Assembly (NCBI GenBank): GCA_002710015.1
Contig: PAOW01000029.1
Location: 39,009 to 102,543 of the forward strand
From: Methanobacteriota archaeon
GTDB taxonomy: Archaea; Thermoplasmatota; Poseidoniia; Poseidoniales; Poseidoniaceae
Length of the DNA stretch: 63,535 nucleotides
Direction of reading: 5' to 3'
Below are positions 18,515 to 28,266 of this stretch, one piece after another. Both the position numbers and the translations under genes were made by a program. How positions within the stretch are numbered: the first letter of the stretch is position 1; each line of letters starts with the position of its first letter. A model generated the notes under the pieces. That model ran no database searches. It had not been told where the DNA came from and saw only the letters and a program-made list of their open reading frames with translations.

Positions 18515-18817
18515 ATGGATATCACGGCAGAGGAAGTGCTTGGTGAGATCGGCTCCGTCCAAGAAGTCCTTGATGCACATGATGGTGTAGTGAATGTTTT
18601 GGACACTGCCGGGGGCAATATCATGATATCTTTGGAGGGTGGGTGTGTAGGATGTTCCTCTACTCCTATGACTGCAATGCAAATTTATTACTCACTAATG
18701 AAATTAGATAAAGTGAATGACGTAGTTTTTGTTAATGGAGAGTTACCTGATTACATGCGAACTTTCATCGATCAGAAAATGGCAGATGAGGCGAGTAAGG
18801 GTGGAGAGATAATCTAA
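18515..18817 (+). CDS. NifU C-terminal-domain (Nfu-like) Fe-S cluster protein
   Basis: GGNIMISLEGGCVGCSSTPMT is the Nfu-type GxCxxC motif in a 100-aa protein. Confidence 0.7.
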   Translation: MDITAEEVLGEIGSVQEVLDAHDGVVNVLDTAGGNIMISLEGGCVGCSSTPMTAMQIYYSLMKLDKVNDVVFVNGELPDYMRTFIDQKMADEASKGGEII

Positions 18818-19179
18818 GACTCCTCATCTTTGTTTTTGCCGATACTATGGGGATTTGCTCCAAATGAAACATTTTGGCCTTTTATGTTTAGTCTAGCTGA
18901 AATTGCAATTATCACACAAAGCACGCTGAGCGGTTTTGGAAGATAATTTGAGCCCCAAAGTTCCCCTCCTGAACTAGATAACCACCATAGAATTGCAGCG
19001 GTTAACAAAAGAGAGAACATTATGAAATTTTGCGCCATCAATTCTAGTTTCTCACTCCTTGAAAATGTCGCAATAAAAATGAATGCTGTAAGTGAAATGT
19101 AGCACATTGACTGAGCGAGTAACTCAATCGTTTCTACACCGACCATGCCCATGCTAAGAGGCAGGGGTTCTTCAACCAT
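18814..19179 (-). CDS. small multi-pass membrane protein, unknown function
   Basis: 121-aa ORF with 3-4 hydrophobic helices. It fills the gap between the nifU-like gene and polX. No motif recognised. Confidence 0.4.
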   Translation of the reverse strand: MVEEPLPLSMGMVGVETIELLAQSMCYISLTAFIFIATFSRSEKLELMAQNFIMFSLLLTAAILWWLSSSGGELWGSNYLPKPLSVLCVIIAISARLNIKGQNVSFGANPHSIGKNKDEES

Positions 19180-19196
19180 AACGCACTGGCGTTTAC

Positions 19197-21128
19197 ATGG
19201 CAGGCGGATCTTGGTCTCTACCCAAGGCTAGGAGAGCAGGCCCGCCATATTTCAGTAGGAACCAAGTAAGTAAATCACTTCACCAGATGGCCGTGTTGCT
19301 AGAGTTGGCTGGTGCGAATATTTTTCGAACCAGATCATACCAAAATGGATCGAGATTAATAGGAACACTTTCTCAAGATTTGGGAGAATTAGTAGAGAGC
19401 GGAGAAATCTTTGATCTAAAGGGTATTGGAAAAGGACTAGGAACCGCCATTTCTGATGCAGTATCTGATGGCACTTGGCCTGAGGATTGGATAGATTTAC
19501 ACACCAACACACCTCCTGGTTTAATCGAAATGCTAGGAATACCGGGTGTGGGACCGAAGAAAATCAAATTCCTGCACGATGAGTTGGGAGTGTTATCGGT
19601 TGCTGATTTGAAACGGGTTTGCGATGATAATGAAGTCGCACCTCTGAAGGGTTTTGGCGCAAAAAGCCAGCAAAAAATCCTGGATGGTATAGAACTCCTA
19701 GCGAGATTCTCTGCAAGAAGAAGATTAGATGTTGGTCTTAGATATGGCCAAACCTTCCTTTCCATGATTTCTGCCTTAGACGGTGTTGAGAGGGCTGAGT
19801 TAGCTGGTTCTGCTAGACGTAGAAAAGAAACAATTGGTGATTTAGATATTGTTGCAGCTGTGCAACCTGACGATGTTGAGCGTGTAACTCAAGAGATTCT
19901 ATCCATGAGTGGTATAGCAGACATAAAAGGTGCTGGAGACTCAAAGGTTTCTGTAATCCTTGATACATCGATATTCGAAGGAGGATTTAGTCTAGGACAT
20001 CTAGATTCTAAGGTGCTTGAGGCGATTGGAGGAGAAAGCTATGAACAAATGGAATCAAGTGGAACCATAGATGCTCAGGTTAGGCTTGTCCCACCACACG
20101 TATTTGCATACACACTCGCCTATTTTACTGGCTCAAAAGAACACAATATCAGAATGCGCCAAGCGGCTCAGAATAAGGGTTTGAAATTGAACGAGTTTGG
20201 CCTTATGCCAGAGACTGATTTAACCGGCATAGAAGCCGCAGCAACATCATTGCCGGCGATGACTGAAGAAGAGATATACCATCATTTAGACCTCCAGTAT
20301 GTAACTCCTGAATTAAGGGAGGATATGGGAGAAATCGAGGCATCAGCAAGTAATACACTTCCTGATTTGATCACCCTATCCGGTTTACAAGGAGCACTCC
20401 ACAACCACACCACTCTGTCAGACGGTGCTGCAAGCCTAGCAGAAATGGCAGATGCAGCTAGAAGAATTGGATGGAAATGGTTGGGAATTGCCGACCATTC
20501 CCCTTCCTTAGTTGTGGCAAACGGCGCTAGTGCTGAAGATTTACTCGCTCAATATGATACAATTCAGCAATACAACAAACAGTGGAAGGATGACGGAATT
20601 GACTTCAGATTATTTAGTGGCGTGGAATCAGATATTTTGGAAGATGGAAAGTTAGACCATCCTGATGATGTCTTAGCTCAAATCGACTATGTTGTAGCGA
20701 GTGTTCATGCAATGAGTAGGTGGAAAGGAAGAGATGAATCTCAAAACACAGAGGATCTCTTGACATGTCTAGACCACCCTGCTACAACTGTATTGGGCCA
20801 TCCCACAGGAAGAATTCTTCAGGGTAGAGATGGTTATGAAATCGACCTACACGCAATCCTAGAACATATGTCGCAAGCAAACAAAGATGGACAGTTGAAA
20901 GCAGTAGAATTGAATGCTTCCCCTTACAGATTAGACTTAGACTGGAGACTTTGCAAAAGGGCAAAGGAGTTAGGAGTTCCAGTATTTATCAACCCCGACG
21001 CCCATTCTGTTAAAGGATTGGGCGATATTGAATACGGTGTCATGGTTGGTAGAAAAGGGTGGCTAGAAAAGTCAGATGTTCTAAACTACCTAACTCATGA
21101 AGAATTAAGTGCAAAATTAGGTGTTTGA
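19197..21128 (+). CDS. polX: family X DNA polymerase with C-terminal PHP domain (PolX)
   Basis: HhH motifs (GIGKGLG, IPGVGPKK), the pol-beta nucleotidyltransferase motif GSARRRKETIGDLDIV, and PHP motifs HNHTTLSDG and ..ADHS... Confidence 0.9.
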   Translation: MAGGSWSLPKARRAGPPYFSRNQVSKSLHQMAVLLELAGANIFRTRSYQNGSRLIGTLSQDLGELVESGEIFDLKGIGKGLGTAISDAVSDGTWPEDWIDLHTNTPPGLIEMLGIPGVGPKKIKFLHDELGVLSVADLKRVCDDNEVAPLKGFGAKSQQKILDGIELLARFSARRRLDVGLRYGQTFLSMISALDGVERAELAGSARRRKETIGDLDIVAAVQPDDVERVTQEILSMSGIADIKGAGDSKVSVILDTSIFEGGFSLGHLDSKVLEAIGGESYEQMESSGTIDAQVRLVPPHVFAYTLAYFTGSKEHNIRMRQAAQNKGLKLNEFGLMPETDLTGIEAAATSLPAMTEEEIYHHLDLQYVTPELREDMGEIEASASNTLPDLITLSGLQGALHNHTTLSDGAASLAEMADAARRIGWKWLGIADHSPSLVVANGASAEDLLAQYDTIQQYNKQWKDDGIDFRLFSGVESDILEDGKLDHPDDVLAQIDYVVASVHAMSRWKGRDESQNTEDLLTCLDHPATTVLGHPTGRILQGRDGYEIDLHAILEHMSQANKDGQLKAVELNASPYRLDLDWRLCKRAKELGVPVFINPDAHSVKGLGDIEYGVMVGRKGWLEKSDVLNYLTHEELSAKLGV

Positions 21129-21344
21129 ATGAGATTTACAAGAGCTATCATCATATCAATGCTAATGTTTTTCCCGGGCGCTATCGTTGGCCTATTTGGA
21201 TGGCTTGCTACTGGATCATCCGAAGATAATACATTACCAGAGGTCATATTTTTCTGCAACATAGTCCCATTAGGATTTATCTTTGTGGGGTTCATTTGGG
21301 CTTGGATTACAGGGGAAGAATATAGTCACAATTACCAGGGTTGA
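21129..21344 (+). CDS. small two-helix membrane protein, unknown
   Basis: 71 aa. It starts immediately after the polX stop (TGAATG) and ends 4 nt before nth. Two hydrophobic helices. Confidence 0.4.
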   Translation: MRFTRAIIISMLMFFPGAIVGLFGWLATGSSEDNTLPEVIFFCNIVPLGFIFVGFIWAWITGEEYSHNYQG

Positions 21345-21348
21345 TTCT

Positions 21349-22002
21349 ATGAAGCGTTCTGAAAAAGCTGAGATTATTCTCAAGATGCTGGAAGAATATT
21401 ACCCTGAAACACCCGTTCCTCTCGACCACGAGACTCCATTTCAGTTGCTTATCGCTGTCTTGATGAGCGCTCAGACGACTGACAAAAAAGTCAACGAAGT
21501 TACTCCCGAGCTTTTCCGGCAGGGCCCAGATGCGAAAGCAATGGCTAACCTCAGCCCTCAAAAAATTCAGACTATCATTAGAGAAGTTGGACTTGCTCCA
21601 ACAAAGGCAAAAAATATCTTCAAATTATCCAACATATTGTGTGATGATTATGGTGGTGAAATACCTGATACCTTTGAAGGATTAGAGAGCCTTCCAGGCG
21701 TTGGACACAAAACTGCTGGCGTTGTAATGGCTCAAGCGTTTGGAGTCCCTGCTTTTCCCATAGACACGCACATTCACCGCTTAGCAGCAAGATGGGGGCT
21801 TTCTAACGGAACCAATGTAGTCAGGACAGAAAAAGACCTCAAAGCGATATTTCCCAAGGAGTCTTGGAACAAATTACACTTACAGATAATCTTCTTTGGA
21901 AGGGAGTATTGTCCTGCAAGGAATCATGATCTCACTAAATGTCCTATCTGTTCCTGGGCGGCGACAAAGAAGAGAATTCGGGAAGAGATGCGCTCTCGAT
22001 GA
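21349..22002 (+). CDS. nth: endonuclease III (DNA glycosylase/AP lyase)
   Basis: LLIAVLMSAQTTDKKVN, HhH-GPD motif LPGVGHKTAGVV, DTHIHRL, and a C-terminal 4-Cys cluster (CPA..C..C..). Start set at ATG 21349 (MKRSEKAEI). Confidence 0.92.
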   Translation: MKRSEKAEIILKMLEEYYPETPVPLDHETPFQLLIAVLMSAQTTDKKVNEVTPELFRQGPDAKAMANLSPQKIQTIIREVGLAPTKAKNIFKLSNILCDDYGGEIPDTFEGLESLPGVGHKTAGVVMAQAFGVPAFPIDTHIHRLAARWGLSNGTNVVRTEKDLKAIFPKESWNKLHLQIIFFGREYCPARNHDLTKCPICSWAATKKRIREEMRSR

Positions 22003-22037
22003 CATCTTGAAACCAAGACATTGTGTCTAGAGCCAAT

Positions 22038-23846
22038 CTAGGTCGTGAACAGACCTGTTGCTCCGTCCAAAATGAACGAGGATAACAGACTAGCTAATGC
22101 TGCAATCCAGAGCAATTGTATTGTTTGACCAACAGCACTAGTAAAACCGCCTCCTCTAAGCCTTGTAGCTATGAATGAAACTGCAAGTACTTGAACTAGA
22201 ATAAGGATTGAAGCAATAATTTTGAACATCATAATATTATCTTCAACCGCAGTAGGGTCTTCCATTACAGGTAAAACAAACCCACCTGCTGCGTCTGTGA
22301 TGGAGCCTATGTCTGTCGACTCAGCAATACTTGATGCCACACCAGCAATAGTCTCTCCCAATTGTAAAACGATGGAGATTGTTACGTTTAGTGACACTAC
22401 GGATGATATCAAAAGACCCAAGGCTACACCCCACATAGTAGATGCTGACAGGCTTCTTCTTCGCCTTAGAGACATTAGGTTAGTTATCGAGCGCGAAACC
22501 ATGTCTGCTGTTGCAGCTGGTTCTCCAGATGACTGAGATCCTTCGATGTAGATACGATTGTATCTTGAAATTACAGCTGAGTTGGTATCAGCAGCAAAGT
22601 AATCCCATGCCCTTTCACTATCGATTCTAGTTGACAGACGCTTTTCTAATCGGTCGATTGAAGCATCTAACATACCGAAGTCGATGCCGCGGAGTGCTTT
22701 GATTGTGGCACTTGGTTCTGCACTCCTAGCTTGTGCTGTTCCGCCCAATGCACGAATGAAATCTGGATAAGCCTCATCTCTTCTGAGCACTTTCTTTTCT
22801 TCTCTCTGGACCAAGGTTGATGGAACCAAAAGAGGTGTAAGTGGTATCGCTAGCAGGATCAGCCCATATTTATCCCAACTAACGGTCAGGCCTTCCCAAT
22901 AAGTAATCACGACAATTATTGTAACTATGAATAATAAGGAACTCACCAATCCAGCCCCCATCCACGATTGTCTAAACAGAATTCTAAATGGCGTTTCAAA
23001 CAAATCTCTGGCGAATGTCTGATCGTCAGGAATAGTTGCTCTAAACGCAAATAACGCCCCTATTTGTATTACAATGAATAGGAATCCTGCAAGTAATAAC
23101 CACCTCAGGCGTGTTGCAATTTCTATTGGAGTGTCACTACTACCATTACCAATTTCGAATAGGATTAGATGAATCCCTGCGACTACTAATCCGAATAAAC
23201 CCGCAGAAACCAATGAGACATAGATTTCTTTCAGTGTGTCTACACTCTCTAACCTCGTATCATACAATGTGTTGTATTGCTCAGCGACCGTATCTTGCTC
23301 AGCACGCATGAAAGCGTCGATTGGCTGACCTGCTTCTATTGAAAACGCCATTCGGTCCAGAAAATCAGACCACAATGGTGAAGGAGATTGTTGGGCTACA
23401 ATTCTAGCAGCTTCTGGAAGAGATGTATGCCACTTATCTACCAGTGTCTCAATTCTTTTTACTTCTTGAGCAAGTTCTCCATAGTCTTTCATTTGTCTCA
23501 GTATATCGAAAATTGTGTTGGCTCCAACTTCTCCCAAGGACAATATTCCCATTCTTGTGATGAACATGTGCATCTCTTTTTCGATCTTTAATGCTGACCG
23601 ATTCACTTCTAATACAGGGAAGTAGATTGCAGCAGCTCCCGTAAGTAAAGGCAATATCAGCAACAGAAATACTCCGGTAAATCCAGCAAATAATCCACCT
23701 TCAGCAAATCCGCCAGTTAACCAAATCATCAAAGCTGCCGAGATTAAACCTGCCAATGCAGAGGGTAGAACGAATAGAAATAGGAATCTTGAAACCGGCA
23801 TTTCCAGCCTTCTCAAGGCGATCTGCCATATCGCCATCCTTTCCAT
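22038..23846 (-). CDS. arlJ: archaellum polytopic membrane platform protein ArlJ (FlaJ)
   Basis: 602-aa multi-TM protein immediately downstream of arlI. It shows the two-lobed organisation typical of the FlaJ/TadC/GspF family. The call rests on position plus topology. Confidence 0.8.
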   Translation of the reverse strand: MERMAIWQIALRRLEMPVSRFLFLFVLPSALAGLISAALMIWLTGGFAEGGLFAGFTGVFLLLILPLLTGAAAIYFPVLEVNRSALKIEKEMHMFITRMGILSLGEVGANTIFDILRQMKDYGELAQEVKRIETLVDKWHTSLPEAARIVAQQSPSPLWSDFLDRMAFSIEAGQPIDAFMRAEQDTVAEQYNTLYDTRLESVDTLKEIYVSLVSAGLFGLVVAGIHLILFEIGNGSSDTPIEIATRLRWLLLAGFLFIVIQIGALFAFRATIPDDQTFARDLFETPFRILFRQSWMGAGLVSSLLFIVTIIVVITYWEGLTVSWDKYGLILLAIPLTPLLVPSTLVQREEKKVLRRDEAYPDFIRALGGTAQARSAEPSATIKALRGIDFGMLDASIDRLEKRLSTRIDSERAWDYFAADTNSAVISRYNRIYIEGSQSSGEPAATADMVSRSITNLMSLRRRRSLSASTMWGVALGLLISSVVSLNVTISIVLQLGETIAGVASSIAESTDIGSITDAAGGFVLPVMEDPTAVEDNIMMFKIIASILILVQVLAVSFIATRLRGGGFTSAVGQTIQLLWIAALASLLSSFILDGATGLFTT

Positions 23847-23861
23847 TTCATCACAACCTCA

Positions 23862-25577
23862 TTAACGCTCTGTAATACTAACCCAGGTATCTATCGCGGA
23901 GCGGAATGTATCCCAGCCACCGTTGTAATAGATGTTCAGCAAGTCAAACACGTCGTCATAATGAGTAAGTCCTCTATCCACCATAGTTTGGATTGCTTCT
24001 GTTCTTCGAGTGACCTCGTCGTATACGTCTCTCTTGTTTTCAAACCCTGCCAATGCTGCAATCTTATTCTCAAGCAGGTGAGATTGGAACATTCCACGGA
24101 AATAGTGCTTATCCTTGATTGGATCCCACTCGAACATTCCTCTTGTCAAGACACCATCACTGTGCTTGTTGTAGCCAATAACCTCGTCTATACCGGTAAT
24201 CCTTCTTGCTATACCGCCATTCAATTCAACTACTTCTTGGAAAATAGCGAAATTTAGGTTGTCAAAGAATCTGATTGGAACGTTGATTGGATCTCCTGTA
24301 AACCTTTGAATCATTTTTACGATTGATGATGCGTGGAATGTTGCAATAACAGGGTGACCTGTCTGCATAGCCTGGAATGCAGTTGCTCCCTCAACGCCAC
24401 GTATCTCACCAATTATGATGTATCTGGGACGGGAACGAAGTGCTGCTTTTAGCAAATCAAACATTTCGACTCGGCTTTCTTCATTCTTTGAGTCTCTTGT
24501 AACTAGCCTCTGCCATATCTTGTGCCTAACCTTAACTTCAGGAGTATCCTCAGCAGAGTAAATCTTTACATTGTGATCAATAAATGGTAATATTGCATTG
24601 AGAGTCGTAGTTTTTCCAGAAGCGGTTTCACCACTTACTAGCACTGACATCCCATATTCCAGACATATCCAAATGTATGCTGCTACTTGTGCGCTCATGG
24701 TTCCCCACTGAACAAGTTGAGTTACCGAGATTGTTTCTTCCGCAAATTTCCTGATTGTGAATGAAGGACCTAACATAGATACGTCATCTGAGAATATGAT
24801 ATTGATACGAGAACCGTCCAGTAGAGCACCATCGATAATCGGCTTGTTATCAGATACAGGTCGGCCTATTCGCTCCGACATTGCTCTAAGATATCGAGCC
24901 AGTAAATCCCTTTCGCGGAATCGGATATTTGAGGTAACCATGCCGAACACTTTGTGATCCATGTGAACGTGTTTTAGACCAACAGAGTGTATATCTTCCA
25001 GCATTTCATCTGAGAGCAGTGGCTCTAATGGACCATTCCTGATTAGGTCACGGATGATGATATATCGCAATCGGTCTCGCTGTTCTTTTGTCACGGTTAT
25101 TCTTTTGTCGTCTATTCCTAAGACTTCCCACATCCTACCCTGCCGACGTGTTCCAACTCTAACCTCCGTGTCGAGAACAGTGTATCTATCAATCATACCA
25201 GATAGAATGTTTTCGAATTCATCATCTGTAGTAAAAGAAGGTGCTGTTGGAGCCTCCTGTAATAGAACCTCAATTAGTGTTCTGCGAATATTTTCCTCCT
25301 CGTCTGTGAGTTGTGGCTCCAATCCGAACCACAAGGTTTGGCCCTCTGAACCATCCTCAGAAATCGGCTTATACATGTGGACGAAAATTGGTTCTTTTGT
25401 AATGTAAATTAGATTCATTGGCTCAATTTTTCTTGCATCTCTATCTAGGGGGCCATAGTAATATGGTCTACTTCCATACTTTGCCTCAAAATCGCTCACC
25501 CATTGAGCGACATGCGGATGAGCAGCCATTACTGATTCGAGATCGCCTCTTTGGAATTTGAGTTCTTCGTCAGCCAT
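23862..25577 (-). CDS. arlI: archaellum motor ATPase ArlI (FlaI)
   Basis: Walker A SGETASGKTTTLNA, Walker B-region IIIGEIRG, 571 aa. Start overlaps the arlH stop (TGATG). Confidence 0.93.
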   Translation of the reverse strand: MADEELKFQRGDLESVMAAHPHVAQWVSDFEAKYGSRPYYYGPLDRDARKIEPMNLIYITKEPIFVHMYKPISEDGSEGQTLWFGLEPQLTDEEENIRRTLIEVLLQEAPTAPSFTTDDEFENILSGMIDRYTVLDTEVRVGTRRQGRMWEVLGIDDKRITVTKEQRDRLRYIIIRDLIRNGPLEPLLSDEMLEDIHSVGLKHVHMDHKVFGMVTSNIRFRERDLLARYLRAMSERIGRPVSDNKPIIDGALLDGSRINIIFSDDVSMLGPSFTIRKFAEETISVTQLVQWGTMSAQVAAYIWICLEYGMSVLVSGETASGKTTTLNAILPFIDHNVKIYSAEDTPEVKVRHKIWQRLVTRDSKNEESRVEMFDLLKAALRSRPRYIIIGEIRGVEGATAFQAMQTGHPVIATFHASSIVKMIQRFTGDPINVPIRFFDNLNFAIFQEVVELNGGIARRITGIDEVIGYNKHSDGVLTRGMFEWDPIKDKHYFRGMFQSHLLENKIAALAGFENKRDVYDEVTRRTEAIQTMVDRGLTHYDDVFDLLNIYYNGGWDTFRSAIDTWVSITER

Positions 25578-26293
25578 CAGCTCACCGCCGTGATATCAAC
25601 AATGAAGCCCATGTAAGGCTCTACACGCCATCCTACACTAGATTGAACTGGCCCGGCCGCTCTGAGGAATCTGGTTACAACAATTGTCCGCTTGATTTCT
25701 CCGCCAACGAATCCGGATTGCATGTCTAGTAGTATTTCACATGATGAGCGGAGTTTGTGTAGCAATTTACCATCCATTTCCGATGGATCAACAGTAAGTA
25801 AAAGAGATCTAGATTCACTACACACCCTCCTGAGTTTTTGAAGAACATTCACTTGCTCAACAGTTTCTAGGCCAGTTGGCATTAATGCTGATGCAGAGTC
25901 CACAACTACAACATCGGATTTCTCAATAGCCTCAGAGTCAAGAACGTCAAACAAATCAACACCATCCTTAGTTTCTGCAATTACTCCAAACCTAGAGAAT
26001 ATCAGCAGCCTGCCTGATGCGATATAATCAGTGATAGGATACCCTATTGATTCCATTTGCTCTATCCATCCCCTAGTAGTTAACTCGGTTGTCACCACCA
26101 GAACTTTGGAACCATTTTCTAGCAAACCGAAAACTAATCTTTGGCTTACTAATGATTTACCACTTCCAACCTCACCTTGAATCATCCAAAGGCTACGATT
26201 CGGCAATCTCAATCCCATTGCGTTCGCTAAGCTATCTTGTTCAAGAGTAAATTCATAGCCATCCTCAACGGGTTTTGGAGGTTCATCAAACAC
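25577..26293 (-). CDS. arlH: archaellum KaiC/RecA-like ATP-binding protein ArlH (FlaH)
   Basis: GEVGSGKSLVSQRLVFGLLENGSKVLVVTTE (Walker A in a KaiC-like context), 238 aa, located between the arlG-like gene and arlI. Confidence 0.85.
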   Translation of the reverse strand: MFDEPPKPVEDGYEFTLEQDSLANAMGLRLPNRSLWMIQGEVGSGKSLVSQRLVFGLLENGSKVLVVTTELTTRGWIEQMESIGYPITDYIASGRLLIFSRFGVIAETKDGVDLFDVLDSEAIEKSDVVVVDSASALMPTGLETVEQVNVLQKLRRVCSESRSLLLTVDPSEMDGKLLHKLRSSCEILLDMQSGFVGGEIKRTIVVTRFLRAAGPVQSSVGWRVEPYMGFIVDITAVS

Positions 26294-26780
26294 TCAATCT
26301 CACCTCCGCAGATTCTGAATCTGTGCCTTTAACGCCGTCCACGACAGTTGACTGAACCACTATTGTAACAGTGGCTAAATCATTGTCTGAATAAGCAAAT
26401 GATGCATCAGAGACTGTTACTTCAAGGACGTGGTCAGTAGCCCAAACTCCGCTTGCAGGATACAATGTTGCTGCGCCAACAACCGTGGAAGAAACCCCAT
26501 CAACAAATATTGTGAAAGAGGATTTGTCAAGCGACCTTATTCCAGTGTTTTGAAAATACAATGTTATTTCCTGGTTAGAACCTGACGTATCTAGCAACAC
26601 GTTTCCTCTGTCGCCACTGAATGATACATCTGTTTCAGCATCTGCAACTTTACCTCGATTGTTTTTCCCCGTAGCTTCAGCAACATCTCCCCAAGACTCT
26701 AGCAATACGACAGAGGCCAGGCCACTAATCAATAAAGATGTGACAAGCAAAATCATTGTGCTTGAACCCCCATCTGCCAT
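26286..26780 (-). CDS. arlG: ArlG (FlaG)-like archaellum stator/anchor protein
   Basis: N-terminal archaellin-like hydrophobic helix (STMILLVTSLLISGLASVVLL) followed by a beta-rich domain. Assigned by position (F-G-H-I-J order). Confidence 0.55.
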   Translation of the reverse strand: MADGGSSTMILLVTSLLISGLASVVLLESWGDVAEATGKNNRGKVADAETDVSFSGDRGNVLLDTSGSNQEITLYFQNTGIRSLDKSSFTIFVDGVSSTVVGAATLYPASGVWATDHVLEVTVSDASFAYSDNDLATVTIVVQSTVVDGVKGTDSESAEVRLSV

Positions 26781-26789
26781 TATTTCACC

Positions 26790-27431
26790 TCAGTTTACAG
26801 ACGATACTATCGTTCGACCATCAATTGTCAAAGCTAAGTTATTTGCAGTAGTGTTGGAATTGTCATGTATAAACTCAAATGTTTCACCGGGAAATATAGT
26901 ATCCGGTGAATAACCAACTATTCCAGAGGATAGATTGACAGGCGAATTTGAGTCAATGAATACCCAAGAGAAGTCTGTATTTATATCGGTTGAACCGTCA
27001 TTAGTAACGTTAGCAAAGACTAGTTTTCCAATATTTACAGAAATATTCAGATCTACTCCTGTATTTGGACCTACAACCTCAAGGAAATATAATGAGGGAT
27101 TGTAGAGATACGATGAACCGTAATTAAGGACTTCAAGTCCGGTTACTATACCTCCTGAGATTTGTAGGTTGGCAAGGAATGATCCAGCACTACCGTTTAC
27201 TTCGACTTGACCAGGGGAATATCCCGTGCCAGGATTGTTTATGCTGAATGAAACTACCGCTCCTTCGACATTATCGGCATTCTGTATAGAGAATTTAGCG
27301 ATGGGCTCTGCAGTTGCCTCGATCTGTGCAATGGAATCCTCCACCTGCGCCTCGAGTGTAGCCATCGCTAATGCGAAAACTACGAGCAATGATGTTCCAA
27401 CCACCATCGCTCCAACTGCAACACTTCCCAT
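26790..27431 (-). CDS. arlF: ArlF (FlaF)-like archaellum stator/anchor protein
   Basis: N-terminal hydrophobic helix (GAMVVGTSLLVVFALAMATL) followed by a beta-rich domain. Assigned by position. ATG directly abuts the upstream stop (TGAATG). Confidence 0.55.
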   Translation of the reverse strand: MGSVAVGAMVVGTSLLVVFALAMATLEAQVEDSIAQIEATAEPIAKFSIQNADNVEGAVVSFSINNPGTGYSPGQVEVNGSAGSFLANLQISGGIVTGLEVLNYGSSYLYNPSLYFLEVVGPNTGVDLNISVNIGKLVFANVTNDGSTDINTDFSWVFIDSNSPVNLSSGIVGYSPDTIFPGETFEFIHDNSNTTANNLALTIDGRTIVSSVN

Positions 27432-28241
27432 TCACTCATCTCCTCTTAATGCCCTTGCCCTTCTCCAATTGGATATTAGTGCTGAGAATGTCAGCAACTC
27501 CCTGTGAGGCAAGTGGTCTTCAAGTGCGCTCTCGGTGTCTCCGGGAGCTGCCATTTGAACTATTGCTAGAACGTGTTGTCCCTCATCAGATGTAAGCATT
27601 CCAGAACTCATTGCTTTCTGAGTAAAGGATACTGCCGCCATTCCAGAGAGGTTATCCAGCAAGAGTGCTGCAACCGTTGGTGCACCAACTGTTCCATCCG
27701 CACCATCTCCTAGATGAGCTGGTGCTACTAAGAACGGATTTGATGCTAGCGCTTGAGCCTCATACAATTCCAGTAATGGTGCAGAATCCTCTGCCATAAG
27801 ACGGTCTGAATGGGCATCAGAAATTACCTCGCCAGATGCAGTTATAATTACGTCACCTGCTTCATGGTCTGCTTCAATAGAAGATTCCTCTCCGCTAGAA
27901 ACAGTAACCACATTCTGCTCGATTCTAGTCTCAACTTTACGCAACACATCGTCAACCAAATCCAAGCGATTTGATATCAATCGCTCTAAACCAGATGTGT
28001 CTATGTTAGCCTGAGCCTGTGATGCTGGCATTCCACCTGCTGCGGGTAATGATCCAGAACTGTTCAGTCTTGCACGAGTCGGACCAGGGGCTATTGTCCA
28101 AGCATCCTCCTCAGTTAGTTCCCCCTGTTCGGGAACAGGGACTTGTTCGACTGCTATGTTGGACATAACCCTGAGGCGCTCCTCCGACAGAGGGTTCTGT
28201 GATTCCCCAGTTTTCTCGTTATTACCGAATGGCCACGCCAT
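27432..28241 (-). CDS. hypothetical soluble acidic protein in the ArlC/D/E slot of the archaellum operon
   Basis: Track ORF 27432..28277. GGAGGT lies 7 nt before ATG 28241 (MAWPFGNNEK), which I prefer as the start. No TM helix and no motif I recognise. A-, S-, E- and D-rich. Confidence 0.6.
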   Translation of the reverse strand: MAWPFGNNEKTGESQNPLSEERLRVMSNIAVEQVPVPEQGELTEEDAWTIAPGPTRARLNSSGSLPAAGGMPASQAQANIDTSGLERLISNRLDLVDDVLRKVETRIEQNVVTVSSGEESSIEADHEAGDVIITASGEVISDAHSDRLMAEDSAPLLELYEAQALASNPFLVAPAHLGDGADGTVGAPTVAALLLDNLSGMAAVSFTQKAMSSGMLTSDEGQHVLAIVQMAAPGDTESALEDHLPHRELLTFSALISNWRRARALRGDE

Positions 28242-28266
28242 ATCAGTACCTCCTGATTCCAGTTGA

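Noticed and set aside
18401-18682. 93-aa minus-strand ORF overlapping the start of the NifU-like gene
   Set aside because: It has no recognisable features and overlaps a motif-supported gene and the hppA/nifU divergent promoter region. Most likely spurious.
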